IMG/VR virus record: IMGVR_UViG_3300035670_010029
Source: a virus
Length of the DNA: 64,000 nucleotides
Direction: 5' to 3' (one strand)
Shown here in pieces: positions 30,180 to 40,900 of the stretch. Within the stretch, counting starts at the first letter, position 1. Every line of letters starts with the position of its first letter. A program made the position numbers and the translations under genes. The notes under the pieces were generated by a model. That model saw only the letters and a program-made list of their open reading frames with translations. It searched no databases and had not been told where the DNA came from.

Positions 30180-31700
30180 TTAGGTATTACCACAACGACT
30201 ATATTCCCAAGTTACTGTTCTAGATAGTCTGTTTTCTGTTAAATTTAATGTTTCTGTGTCTTCCTTTAAAAAACCTGTTTCTGGAGATTTTGGCATAAGC
30301 CCTGATATATAACTATTTACTTTCCTCCTAATGCTCAATGGAAAGTCGTATTTTTTTAATCCTGTTGGTCTTGGAAAAACTCCTTCGTATGTTACTGTTC
30401 TTACACCAATCCCAGCAGCATTGGTAGTGGATAGTATCACAGGACCTAATCGTCGGCCAATAACAAAAATTTCACTAATAGACTCTACTGGATTGCTTTC
30501 TCTAACATTAATAGTTTCTGATAATGCTTCTGGTATCAAAGATAATGGCCTATTATTATAGGTAAAACTATATGATATGCTACCTTCGGTAGGATTAAAA
30601 CCCTCTGTTACGGAAACAGGTGTGGGATTAATAGTATTAGTAAATGTTGCAGGAAATTCTTTATCTCCATGCCATGAATACGTATATTTTTGCAATATTT
30701 TATCTTGTGTTAGAGCTAAACCATAAAGACTACCAGTAATTAAAGAATAGCCCGATACCGCATTGGCATATTTATACGATTTATTTAATCCTGAAACTTC
30801 TGGACGAATATCCATGATTCCGCTTTTACCGAAACCGGGAGAATATACCCCAGTAGCTAATTGTAAGCCTTGAACCTTACCATTAATTTCTATTTGTCTA
30901 ATATAATTAGCATCTATACTTAATCCTATACTATCTGTTATTATATATGGTTCTCCGCTTTTAGAAATAAAAGTATCTGTAATAGTATAAGTACCATCGG
31001 TTTCACTAGCTGATATATTTCTAGTTTGATTATACAAAGGAAAGTCTTCGTATTTAAAAATACCAGTAATAGGAGCATACGACTCCCTATTTCTAATCCA
31101 TTCTTTTGCTTGATATAAAGCCCCCTTGCTGTCAACAGATTTGCCTGTCGCTCCCAAAGTACGACTAATTCTATATGCTGGAATATATTGATCTCCATAC
31201 CAATAAGACTGATCTTCTATTGCTTCTAGTCTATAAGAATCCTGCACATCTGACACATGATACCCATAATTATAACCATTACCAAAAGTACCAGTTAATG
31301 GTATGCTAATTTCAATACTATAATTAATAGTATATGCCCAATGATTCTCATTTTCTGAAAAAGAAATATTTTTTACGGCACCAGTATCATACACAACAGT
31401 TTGGCTTCCACACCCTATAACCAATCTAGTATTATTATTAGCCATAATGCTGCTTTTTAAGCCGGATGCTTTTTGAAATAGCTCTACAATGCTGGTTGTG
31501 CCCCCAGTAGCTGTTTTTGGGGCATTTTGTTCGGTCATTTTTTGTGTATATACAACACCATCAAGTGTGACCAACATCTCCGAAGACAAATAAGACCCAT
31601 CTGATGCTCTATTGTTCGACATAGTTATAGCAAAATTGGGCACTGGGTATCCTTCTTTGGAATCAAAACTAAAATTGCCATAATTAATATATGTCTTCAT
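30180..31700 (-). CDS. putative distal tail protein (paralog of 31704-33266)
   Basis: Shares YR..RTLGATGK, GxYTIxDT, INPxPxS, GSIxYxxxYxxRP with its neighbour. Confidence 0.6.
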   Translation of the reverse strand: MKTYINYGNFSFDSKEGYPVPNFAITMSNNRASDGSYLSSEMLVTLDGVVYTQKMTEQNAPKTATGGTTSIVELFQKASGLKSSIMANNNTRLVIGCGSQTVVYDTGAVKNISFSENENHWAYTINYSIEISIPLTGTFGNGYNYGYHVSDVQDSYRLEAIEDQSYWYGDQYIPAYRISRTLGATGKSVDSKGALYQAKEWIRNRESYAPITGIFKYEDFPLYNQTRNISASETDGTYTITDTFISKSGEPYIITDSIGLSIDANYIRQIEINGKVQGLQLATGVYSPGFGKSGIMDIRPEVSGLNKSYKYANAVSGYSLITGSLYGLALTQDKILQKYTYSWHGDKEFPATFTNTINPTPVSVTEGFNPTEGSISYSFTYNNRPLSLIPEALSETINVRESNPVESISEIFVIGRRLGPVILSTTNAAGIGVRTVTYEGVFPRPTGLKKYDFPLSIRRKVNSYISGLMPKSPETGFLKEDTETLNLTENRLSRTVTWEYSRCGNT

Positions 31701-31703
31701 GTT

Positions 31704-33266
31704 TTAACTCCGCTTCTGATAGGTCCAAGTTTTTGATCTGCTATATCTACCATTAACAATATCTGTATTAATATCATCTTTAACTAATTTACTAATAAAT
31801 GTACTTTTTACTTTAATTGGATCAAATTGATCTAGAACAGTATTAATATATGTTGTTGTTTGAGATGGTAAAAATCCTGTAGTAGAAGGAAAAGACCCTT
31901 CATAAGAAGCAGTACGAGAAGAAGAAGAGTAAGTACCCATATCTTGATACAAAGGACGACGAGCTATTACTGGTAATTGAGCATACGACCTAACACCATA
32001 AGTATCTTCTACAGTCAAATTTTCTGTAATAGATCCTGAAACTAAACTAATAGGCCTGGTATCATAAGTATAATTATAAGTAATTGAACCATTTGATTGA
32101 TCATGTTCCACGCTCATGGACAATGGAATAGGATTAATAATACCACTATAAGAACTAAAGGTGTCTTTATATCCGTAATAATTTAGTTTTTTGTCACCTC
32201 CTGTTGTTGCGGGGAAAACCGTACTGACTATTCTTTGATACATCTGGTTCTGAATAAAATCAAAGGCTCCAGAAGCACTTTTATATTTAGAGGTTGTAGG
32301 CTGTATATATGAGGGTTTTTGTTCTCTGGTGGTGTGCTTAAATGGCTCCATAGATGTTGACCAGTTTTTACCCAAACCCTGTATAGTACCATTGATAGTT
32401 ACTGTTCTTTTAAGAGTGTCATCTACGCTATGATTGATAGTAAATGTTTCTGTCCAGTCATTTGGGGGAGAGCCGCTAATAGCAGTGTATGTATCAACTA
32501 TAGTGTATGACCCAGCAATAGGATCAATATCTACCGAGGAGCTTCTTTCAAATAAAGTTAGATTGCTAATAACATCCCAAAAAGCAGTATCTTTTTCTAT
32601 CAATCCGCTAACACATTTTTTAGCATTCGATAAAGAGCCACCCGGACCATCTTTTCCAGTAGCCCCCAAGGTTCTGGTTAATCTATATGTGGGCAAATAT
32701 TCTCCGGACAGAGTTGGGTACATTGTTTTGGATGTACTGTCTGTATATCCATAATAATTTAACGTATCTAAGCTTTCTATGCTATAAGAATTTTGTATAC
32801 TAGAAACATATACTGCTGGAGTAAATCCGCTAATATATTTCATCATACCAGTAGAATAAGCAGTAAGAGCTATGTTATATTCTATAGAACGAAGGATATT
32901 TGGGTCACTGCTGTTAGGACTAAAATTGATACTATCTACGTGAACCGTTCCTGGTTGTATATCATCAGGTAAAATTTTTGTGTTATTACATGTTAATTCT
33001 AAATTTTGATAATCTTTAGCAAAAGCATCTTTCATACCAGTAATAACAGACAATAATCCAGTAAATGCATAATTACCAAGATTAGTATTTTGTGAGTAGT
33101 TGCTATTATCATTTAATTCACCGCCCGCAAATATAATTCCTTTTATATTAATACTAACAGTAGACCCTATGGGACTACCAGCTGGAGTGGTATCTATACT
33201 GGTGCTTAAAGAAATATCAGGAGTAGCACCGGTAAAAGTATAGCTTCCATATTTAAGCGTTAACAT
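31704..33266 (-). CDS. putative distal tail protein (paralog of 30180-31700)
   Basis: Same shared motifs; AAGGA SD. Confidence 0.6.
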   Translation of the reverse strand: MLTLKYGSYTFTGATPDISLSTSIDTTPAGSPIGSTVSINIKGIIFAGGELNDNSNYSQNTNLGNYAFTGLLSVITGMKDAFAKDYQNLELTCNNTKILPDDIQPGTVHVDSINFSPNSSDPNILRSIEYNIALTAYSTGMMKYISGFTPAVYVSSIQNSYSIESLDTLNYYGYTDSTSKTMYPTLSGEYLPTYRLTRTLGATGKDGPGGSLSNAKKCVSGLIEKDTAFWDVISNLTLFERSSSVDIDPIAGSYTIVDTYTAISGSPPNDWTETFTINHSVDDTLKRTVTINGTIQGLGKNWSTSMEPFKHTTREQKPSYIQPTTSKYKSASGAFDFIQNQMYQRIVSTVFPATTGGDKKLNYYGYKDTFSSYSGIINPIPLSMSVEHDQSNGSITYNYTYDTRPISLVSGSITENLTVEDTYGVRSYAQLPVIARRPLYQDMGTYSSSSRTASYEGSFPSTTGFLPSQTTTYINTVLDQFDPIKVKSTFISKLVKDDINTDIVNGRYSRSKTWTYQKRS

Positions 33267-33284
33267 AATTGTCCTTGTATAATA

Positions 33285-36200
33285 TTATCCGGCTACTATG
33301 GTGGTGCCTCCAAACAAAACACCAGACGGCATCATTACTTGCTGAATGTGTGTTGTAACTGACCACATAGCATTATATCCTACTTTACCATTAGCTACAA
33401 TCGCTAATCTCTGCTTATTAGCATCATTAAATGTATTTTTTATTATGACTTGCATTGGCGGAGCTAGTTCAGAATACGAGACATTGCTGCTAGACGTTCT
33501 AAAAGTAATATTATCAGAACCCATTTTACTAGTATATCTTGCTCCATTAGCATTGATATAAGATATTATAGATCCTTCAATTTTACCAGCACAACCCTCG
33601 TATTGTCTAGCTGATAGATCCGAGTTTTCATTAGAGAAAATACCGGCAAAATCTATTGTATAGTTCCATACAAACGACTGCCTATGATCCATAGACTGAA
33701 TCACACCATTAGGTAAGTATTGTATGCTAATAGAATTATTAGCAGTAGCCTCTGTTGTTACATCTTTATGCCAATTTGATAATAGTTCAGTATTATTATC
33801 AGACAAAGTTCGTCCTCTAAGGTAAAATCTACTATATTGAGATGATCCAGCGAAATTAACATTATTACGAACAAAACTACCAGCACCAAATACATGATTA
33901 TTATAGCAAGAATTAAGGGCTAGATCTCCTCCAACGGTAACTCCGGGAATAGCATCAACATTAGAAGATGATGATTCTGGCTGATAGGTTCTGAAGCCTA
34001 TTCCGTGTTCCCACGAATTACCATTATAGGTTAATAACAATCCATTACTTGAAGAAGTTAGAGGAAACCCATTTTTATCTACAGTAGCCAACCTAAGATC
34101 TACTCTATCATCGCCTTGGTTAAGTGTAACAGATAGTGGGTGTATTCCTGTGAACTGAAAATTAAAGTCATCTAATACGTTGCCTAATCCAACATTACCA
34201 TTAGCATCTAAAATTTTCAGATACTTATTAGCATTAGCAGCACCGGGCAATGTAGTAGGACTATTATCGCTTAACTGTAGACTTCTTGCTCTAATCTTAC
34301 CATTAACAACGAGTTTACCTGCCTCGTACCACGGACGTATACCATCTGTTAAAGATACGTTCCAATTTTCTTGATTACTTACTCCTATACCCAAAGAGCC
34401 TGGAGTATTTTGATTAGCTGGTAGGGGCGTCCCTGCTGTATCGTATATAAGTCCTTTTTTATTAATAGACTCGTTTATGTCTACAACAATAAATTGATTA
34501 GTAAGACCGGCATTATTAAATATAGTAGCTCCAGCAAAATTACTGCGATTACCGGTGTTTGAACTTAAAACAATATTACTAAAAGTATTAGATGGGCCAG
34601 TAATCAAAGAGGTGTCTGCTCCAGCAGGAGGAGTTCCTGTCATACCAATAGTAATAGCCTGTTCATTAGGATAGTATCTAAAACTATTTACTCCTGTAGA
34701 TACATAATTACGATTAGTATACAACACAGAATATGGAGCAAAGCTTTTGCTTAATAGCCTGCCCTGCTGATCACTATACAACAATGTTCCGGTCAAAGAG
34801 GCTGGTAGTCTTATAGAGTTGTTAATATGCATATCAGCCATATAACCAGATACGCCACTAATGTTATATACCTGAATAGCATTTTCTGGTATTCTAGTTC
34901 TTAACAAATATACGCTAAGATCACCATCTACGTCATCTCTGAAACCACTACCCTTAACCACAAAATCATAAGCATAATCATTGCTAACTTCATTTATAAA
35001 CAAACCAGTAGGAGTAAAAATGACTACTCTTTCTTCTATAGATGTAGGATCATCTAAAGATATTGATCCGCCGCTTTCTCTATCTCCTCTTAAATAATAT
35101 AGTTCTTTAGTAGTAGTATTAAATACTAATTCTTTGAGACCACTACCTACTTTATCGGATGTTTTGAATAACAGCCCACTATTTGTTCCAGACAGATTAA
35201 CAGGAAGCTCCCAATTACCAACTCCTTGACTATTAGCTGTTAAAACATGACCAGATGTAGCAGACAACCCTACTCTAACGGACTGAGTGGTGATAGTGCC
35301 ACTAACATCAAGATTGGATCTCGGATTGTCATTATTTACTCCTATTCTGTTGGTAGATAAATCTATCTTCATAGCTCTAACGCTATTACCAACAATATCT
35401 CCATTACTGCTATTAAAATAAACCGAATTCTGGAATTCTCCTGTATTAAACACGATCATTCTGTCGTCAAGAATCATTTTATTAGTATTATTACTACCTA
35501 TTTGTACAGCATCGTTGTAATATCCGCTAATACCATGACCAATTACTATATGCTTAACTCCTGACACCCTATTATTAGATCCTAATATAATTCCACTAGA
35601 ATGAGCATATCTGTTGTAAGATCCTATAACTACACTTTGAAAACCACATAATGGAGACAATACCGTATCATCTTGGTTCTGAGAAGCTCGTTGCAGCAAC
35701 ATAACATAACCAGATATCACAGGAGAGGTCCCATAGTCCTGATCAAATGCTTGTACAGTAGAATAGGGGACGGTATCTGCTATGTCTAGGCCATTGTTAA
35801 TAACCAAGGTTGTAGTAAAATTTAAGCCTTCATTATTCTTTATTATGCCTAACGGAGAACCATTTTCTTCTCCGTCTAAAATATTGCGGATATAGGATGA
35901 AACAGATTTTGAGCCAGGAGCATAAACATTGATTAGTAATTTATCTCCCCCGGTATAAGAATCAACATTGCCTTGTATGATAACATTAGTGTCATTAATA
36001 ATACATGGATGTCTAATGATTCCAAGAGTATTGTTACTACCATAGATAACATTTAATGGTCCATGTATTTCGTTATCTTGTCCTACTGCCAAGCCGCTGG
36101 TGACTACTTCATTAGCGCCCAAAACAATATTGCCGCTACCAAAAACCTGAGTACGACCAAAAGGATCTGTGGCAACAACTATAGAATTCGAACCTATAAG

Positions 36201-37904
36201 ATCAATTTTGTTTCCGATGGTATTGTTATGAGAGCCGACAACAACATTACTGTTACCTATATTCTGGAGATAATTAGCCCCTCTTAAATTATTAAAAGAG
36301 CCTACTGTATTATTGCCCACTCCTGATACTAGTGAACGGTTACCAATAATTACTGCCCCACTAGCATGACTAGCAGCATTATTGATACCAAAAATATTGG
36401 TATTTGTCATTGAACCATCTACTCTTAATGGAGCACCAACAATTGATCCATCAGAATAAACCCTAGCACCTGAAACATTATTTAATGCTCCAATAATTGT
36501 ATTGTTAATGCTTGTAGAAGGGGTGGCATTTTTAGGTCCAACAATCACATTGTTAGCAGCCAATCCACTAAGGTTGTTGTCATTGCCGACAATTAGTGAA
36601 TCTTTGATAATGGCAACTTTGTTCGCTTGACCAATTACTAATAATCCTGTGGGAGATTCATTATTTGTTGTATTGTTGATACCTAGTACAATGCTTTCAT
36701 CAAGACCATTTGAGGTTTGGTTTCCTAGTCCAATAATGACTGATCTTTTACTGTTGGCAAGGTTAATATTGCTACCAATATATATACCACTAGCAATATT
36801 TTGTGGATTATTGTCGGTACCGATAGATACTATATCATATCCACCAACATCAGAATAACTTCCGTATACAATATTGTTCCATCCAGTAACAGATATATCA
36901 GAACCTACAGCAACATCTCTATAACCAGTAATACTAATGTCGTTACCCAAATAAATATTATTATCGCCCACAATATCATTACGAGAACCAAAACCGATAC
37001 CGGACGATCCCATAATGCTGGTTTCATTAAGCAGACCGACAACGGCACTTCCCACAACAGTATTATTGCTTCCTATCAACACATTGCTAGAACCAGAACT
37101 AATAACATTATGACCAATAACAATATTTGATATACCAGAAATATTAGAATCCGTAGTAAACGCTAGATTTAGATTTCCTTCTATATCGCTATTGTTAGAA
37201 ATAATGAGTATTTTTTCGCCGCTACCATATACGTCATTGCCAATCACAATACCTGTAGTAGTTACTAATTGATTTTTAGAACCAACGTTTACATAAGAAA
37301 CACCAGATAAATTATTGTTATATCCTACTACATTATATTTATGTCCATTAGCAATATTGAGCCCACCAAGAACAGTATCAACAACACTAGATCTAAAAAC
37401 TGTTTGGTTAACACCGGTATGATCTACTGTAAAAATCATTTCACCACTAGTTTGACTAGTAGTAGCATTGAGAATACGAGACCTAATTTGTCCATATATT
37501 ATCTGATTATAATTGAGATCTCGTCCAGCCAAATCAATGGTAGCAGGATAACCTCCTACTTCTGGCAATGTTTGAGTATTGTGAATTAAAAGAACTCTAA
37601 CGCCAGTAGGACAATTAGTAACATTCTCTATCTTTAAGCCTTCGTTGGCACACGAGGCCAAGATATGTAAAGCAGAGTCGGGATCGTCTAAGCCTAATCC
37701 TAGGCGACCTGTAGAAGCATCAAAATATAAAACCTTATCTGTTGATTGTCCCTCTACAACAAAATCAATGTTTTGGTTGTTGTTGTTAAATACTGTAGGA
37801 ACACCAGAAGTATCAGATAAGATAATATCATAGTTAGGGTCCGTACCAGAACCAACATAAAGAGTGCCCGATACAACATTAATTTCATCAAAATATGCTG
37901 ACAT
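33285..37904 (-). CDS. tail fibre/adhesin with YadA-like beta-roll repeats
   Basis: Many (I/V)(I/V)GxxN repeats with about 14-aa period; GRLGLG..P...LHI and RIGVN...P...LDVSG fibre motifs. Confidence 0.75.
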   Translation of the reverse strand: MSAYFDEINVVSGTLYVGSGTDPNYDIILSDTSGVPTVFNNNNQNIDFVVEGQSTDKVLYFDASTGRLGLGLDDPDSALHILASCANEGLKIENVTNCPTGVRVLLIHNTQTLPEVGGYPATIDLAGRDLNYNQIIYGQIRSRILNATTSQTSGEMIFTVDHTGVNQTVFRSSVVDTVLGGLNIANGHKYNVVGYNNNLSGVSYVNVGSKNQLVTTTGIVIGNDVYGSGEKILIISNNSDIEGNLNLAFTTDSNISGISNIVIGHNVISSGSSNVLIGSNNTVVGSAVVGLLNETSIMGSSGIGFGSRNDIVGDNNIYLGNDISITGYRDVAVGSDISVTGWNNIVYGSYSDVGGYDIVSIGTDNNPQNIASGIYIGSNINLANSKRSVIIGLGNQTSNGLDESIVLGINNTTNNESPTGLLVIGQANKVAIIKDSLIVGNDNNLSGLAANNVIVGPKNATPSTSINNTIIGALNNVSGARVYSDGSIVGAPLRVDGSMTNTNIFGINNAASHASGAVIIGNRSLVSGVGNNTVGSFNNLRGANYLQNIGNSNVVVGSHNNTIGNKIDLIGSNSIVVATDPFGRTQVFGSGNIVLGANEVVTSGLAVGQDNEIHGPLNVIYGSNNTLGIIRHPCIINDTNVIIQGNVDSYTGGDKLLINVYAPGSKSVSSYIRNILDGEENGSPLGIIKNNEGLNFTTTLVINNGLDIADTVPYSTVQAFDQDYGTSPVISGYVMLLQRASQNQDDTVLSPLCGFQSVVIGSYNRYAHSSGIILGSNNRVSGVKHIVIGHGISGYYNDAVQIGSNNTNKMILDDRMIVFNTGEFQNSVYFNSSNGDIVGNSVRAMKIDLSTNRIGVNNDNPRSNLDVSGTITTQSVRVGLSATSGHVLTANSQGVGNWELPVNLSGTNSGLLFKTSDKVGSGLKELVFNTTTKELYYLRGDRESGGSISLDDPTSIEERVVIFTPTGLFINEVSNDYAYDFVVKGSGFRDDVDGDLSVYLLRTRIPENAIQVYNISGVSGYMADMHINNSIRLPASLTGTLLYSDQQGRLLSKSFAPYSVLYTNRNYVSTGVNSFRYYPNEQAITIGMTGTPPAGADTSLITGPSNTFSNIVLSSNTGNRSNFAGATIFNNAGLTNQFIVVDINESINKKGLIYDTAGTPLPANQNTPGSLGIGVSNQENWNVSLTDGIRPWYEAGKLVVNGKIRARSLQLSDNSPTTLPGAANANKYLKILDANGNVGLGNVLDDFNFQFTGIHPLSVTLNQGDDRVDLRLATVDKNGFPLTSSSNGLLLTYNGNSWEHGIGFRTYQPESSSSNVDAIPGVTVGGDLALNSCYNNHVFGAGSFVRNNVNFAGSSQYSRFYLRGRTLSDNNTELLSNWHKDVTTEATANNSISIQYLPNGVIQSMDHRQSFVWNYTIDFAGIFSNENSDLSARQYEGCAGKIEGSIISYINANGARYTSKMGSDNITFRTSSSNVSYSELAPPMQVIIKNTFNDANKQRLAIVANGKVGYNAMWSVTTHIQQVMMPSGVLFGGTTIVAG

Positions 37905-37915
37905 TTGTTTTACCT

Positions 37916-40900
37916 TTATTGTTTAGTTGGATCTGGAATACTACCTTCTGACTCCGCATTTAATCTACTGAATGCCGATTGTACTTCTCTTCTTATTAAA
38001 CCACTTAAAGGACCGTCCAATAATTCTTGCAGCGCTTGTGCTCCATTAACAACCACTTCTACCTTATGATTACCATTAACATTAATTTCTGGTGGTAAGT
38101 TTAGCTTGCTTAACTGAGTAATAAATTGATCAAATTTAGCTGTAAACTGGCCAAGACCATCTAATCCTCCAACACCATTTGCTTGTACTCCATTATTTAC
38201 ACCGCCACCAGCCACGATCTGTTGCATAATAGCGCCAAACTGAGTCATAACCTGATTAACGCCTGTTAATAGGGTTCCAAAAATTGTTAATTGTTTATTG
38301 ACATTTCCAGCATTGCTAGGATCAAATGCTGCTTGTGCTGCCTGTGATACTCTCTGCTGTGTCTGAGGAGATATTTGTGGCATAGCCGCTTGTGCCGGAG
38401 CTTGTCTTTGAGCTGCCACAGGAGCCGCACCAGCAACCAATTGTCTCATAGCTACTTGAGGAGAAATGCCTTGTTCACGAGATATCTCTAGTGCTTTACC
38501 TCTTTGATTTGCTATTTCGCGTGCTTTGGCCTGAGGAGATTTTGCTAATCGCTCTTTTAATACTTCAGAGCCTCTTTCTTCGGAACGCGAACGTATTGCG
38601 TCTTGTCTGGCTTGTTCAGCTTGTCTTTTTGCTGTCGCTGCTGCTATCCTCTCTGCTTTTATTTTCTCTCTTTCTGCTTTAAGTCTTTCGACTTTTTCTT
38701 CTTTGGTTTCTTTTGTGCCTTCAGACAAATACGAGACAGCACCACCTTTGTTATAGGCCCCACTATTAATCTTGTGTAACAGAGGAAGGTGTGACTGGGT
38801 AGCTTGTCGATTAACAACAAATTCACCAGGAGTAAGCATTGCGGGGATGGTGTCTGTACCTCTTGGTTGATACGGTACCAACATACCTTCGGATGCATAA
38901 ACTGTATCGGGTATGTCTCCTAATACTTGATCTGGTTTAGGTTTGGGCTTAGCTTTATTCTTTTTATCAAAACTGGCCAACCACTTACTACGCATGGAGT
39001 CATTCTTAGTGTTGTAGTAATTATACTCTCCAAGTTTACGTTGATAATAATTATATGCGCTCTTAAATTGCGACTCGATACCTTTTGCAGCAAAAATAGC
39101 TCGTGTACTTCTATCTCCTTCTTCTATGGTTCTGAGAGGACTGCCATCTCGATTAACAATTGATGGCAAACCACTAGCATCATTAAAAGTGTCATTTGTC
39201 GTAGTTTCAGGTATTGTTGCTGGGCTAGACGATTCAGAACCAGGCCAGGGCATACCTCCTTGGTCGGAATCTACTCCTAAATATTGACGAGGTTTTCCTC
39301 CTTCGCTTAAATAATTAACCAATCCACCAAACGACTTATAACTACCTCTACCTAATCCAGCATTATTTCTTGCATTTTGAGCTAGTTTCTTTTGTTCTAG
39401 TGTTTGAGCATTTAATAGCAATTTTTTGTTTTTTTCAACACTGCCAGCAACAATAGAGCCTCCATCTCTTTCATCAAATGCAGTAAATCGTCCGCTTTCA
39501 TTTTTTTCTACGAATTTATTGTCTTGGAAAGATAATGATTTTTCTTTGACATACAAAGCAGGAGTTTTGAACAGGTTTTTGATTGGTGGTTGTGGTGCGG
39601 ATCCGTTCTTTATTAAATTGTTTAACCATTCTTTATATGTAAGCTCATCATAATAGTTTGGTAATTCACCATCAGCAATCGGAAGCTCTTCTGGATTCAT
39701 TACGGGAGGAGCGCCCATTGCTATTTTTTGCATAGCAGCATCATTATTTGCTTGTTCTGGCTTGTTTATTATTGGATTATCTGGACTTGGAGGATTAATA
39801 TTGTCTGGTGTCTTCGATACTGGTTTGGTATTTTGATTAGCTAATTGAGTAGCGGCATATATTCCTCCCAAGGCTAAAGCTCCAACAATATATTTTTTTC
39901 TACCTCCTAATATATTTTTTGTTTTATTTCTAGTCCAATCGAACCAAGACCTATCCTCAAACTTTATACTAGGATCATCTATACCTTTGCTTAAGGCTCG
40001 TCTACCCTCTTTGGATAGCCCTTGTTCCGCATCTGCTAACGCTTTTGTTCTAGTTTGCTGCCAAACGGTGTCAGATTCCATATCTTTGGATATAATACCT
40101 TCAATAACGTCGTCATTGCGAGACACTTTCAAAGGAGGGCCTAAATCTACAGACCATCCTTGTTTCATAGCCTTGTCTGTAAACTCTTCTATGCCTGAGT
40201 CCTTATAAAGAATAGCTTTAAGAGCATCGCTATCAGACACACCACTACTAATAGCATCTTGATAAGCTTTTTGTGTAGCCGTATTGTTGCGAATAAAATT
40301 ATCAATAGAGTCAATTCCAAATTCTAGTTCTTTTTCAACATTATCTATATAAGCATTGATCCTATTTGACTGAGCATCTTGTACCATAGCCTTAAACTGA
40401 TTTAACCTGTCTTCTACTAATAATCTCTGTGCTTTAGGTAGTTTAATAATATCACTATTATCAGATGCTTTAGTGGCCAGAGAAGCAGAATCGGTTACAT
40501 CATCAGCTTTATTGGGAACGGAGACGGTTTGTGTGGCAGTTTTTGTCCCAGCATTTCTGTTTGGTCTTAATTGTTTAATAGCGTCACCAAAAGATGGAGC
40601 ATCTTCTAGAATTTTAGCTGTTTGAGGATTAACAGCAGCTTCAGCAAAAATATCCAAATTATCTATAACAAAACCGAGTTTATTCGCGCCCTCTCCCAAA
40701 TTATTTAACCAACTTTTGAATGTTGGCATAGCTTCGCCAGCAGCAATAATAGTCTTAGCTATACTCGGGGTAATATTTGTCCCCAAAGAAGATATTCCTT
40801 TAACAACATTACCGATCAATGGCAGTTTTTGTGCGCCGCTAACCATTGATCCAACATCAGATAATCTATCTACAACGCTTAATGCTTGTGCTCCTTTACC

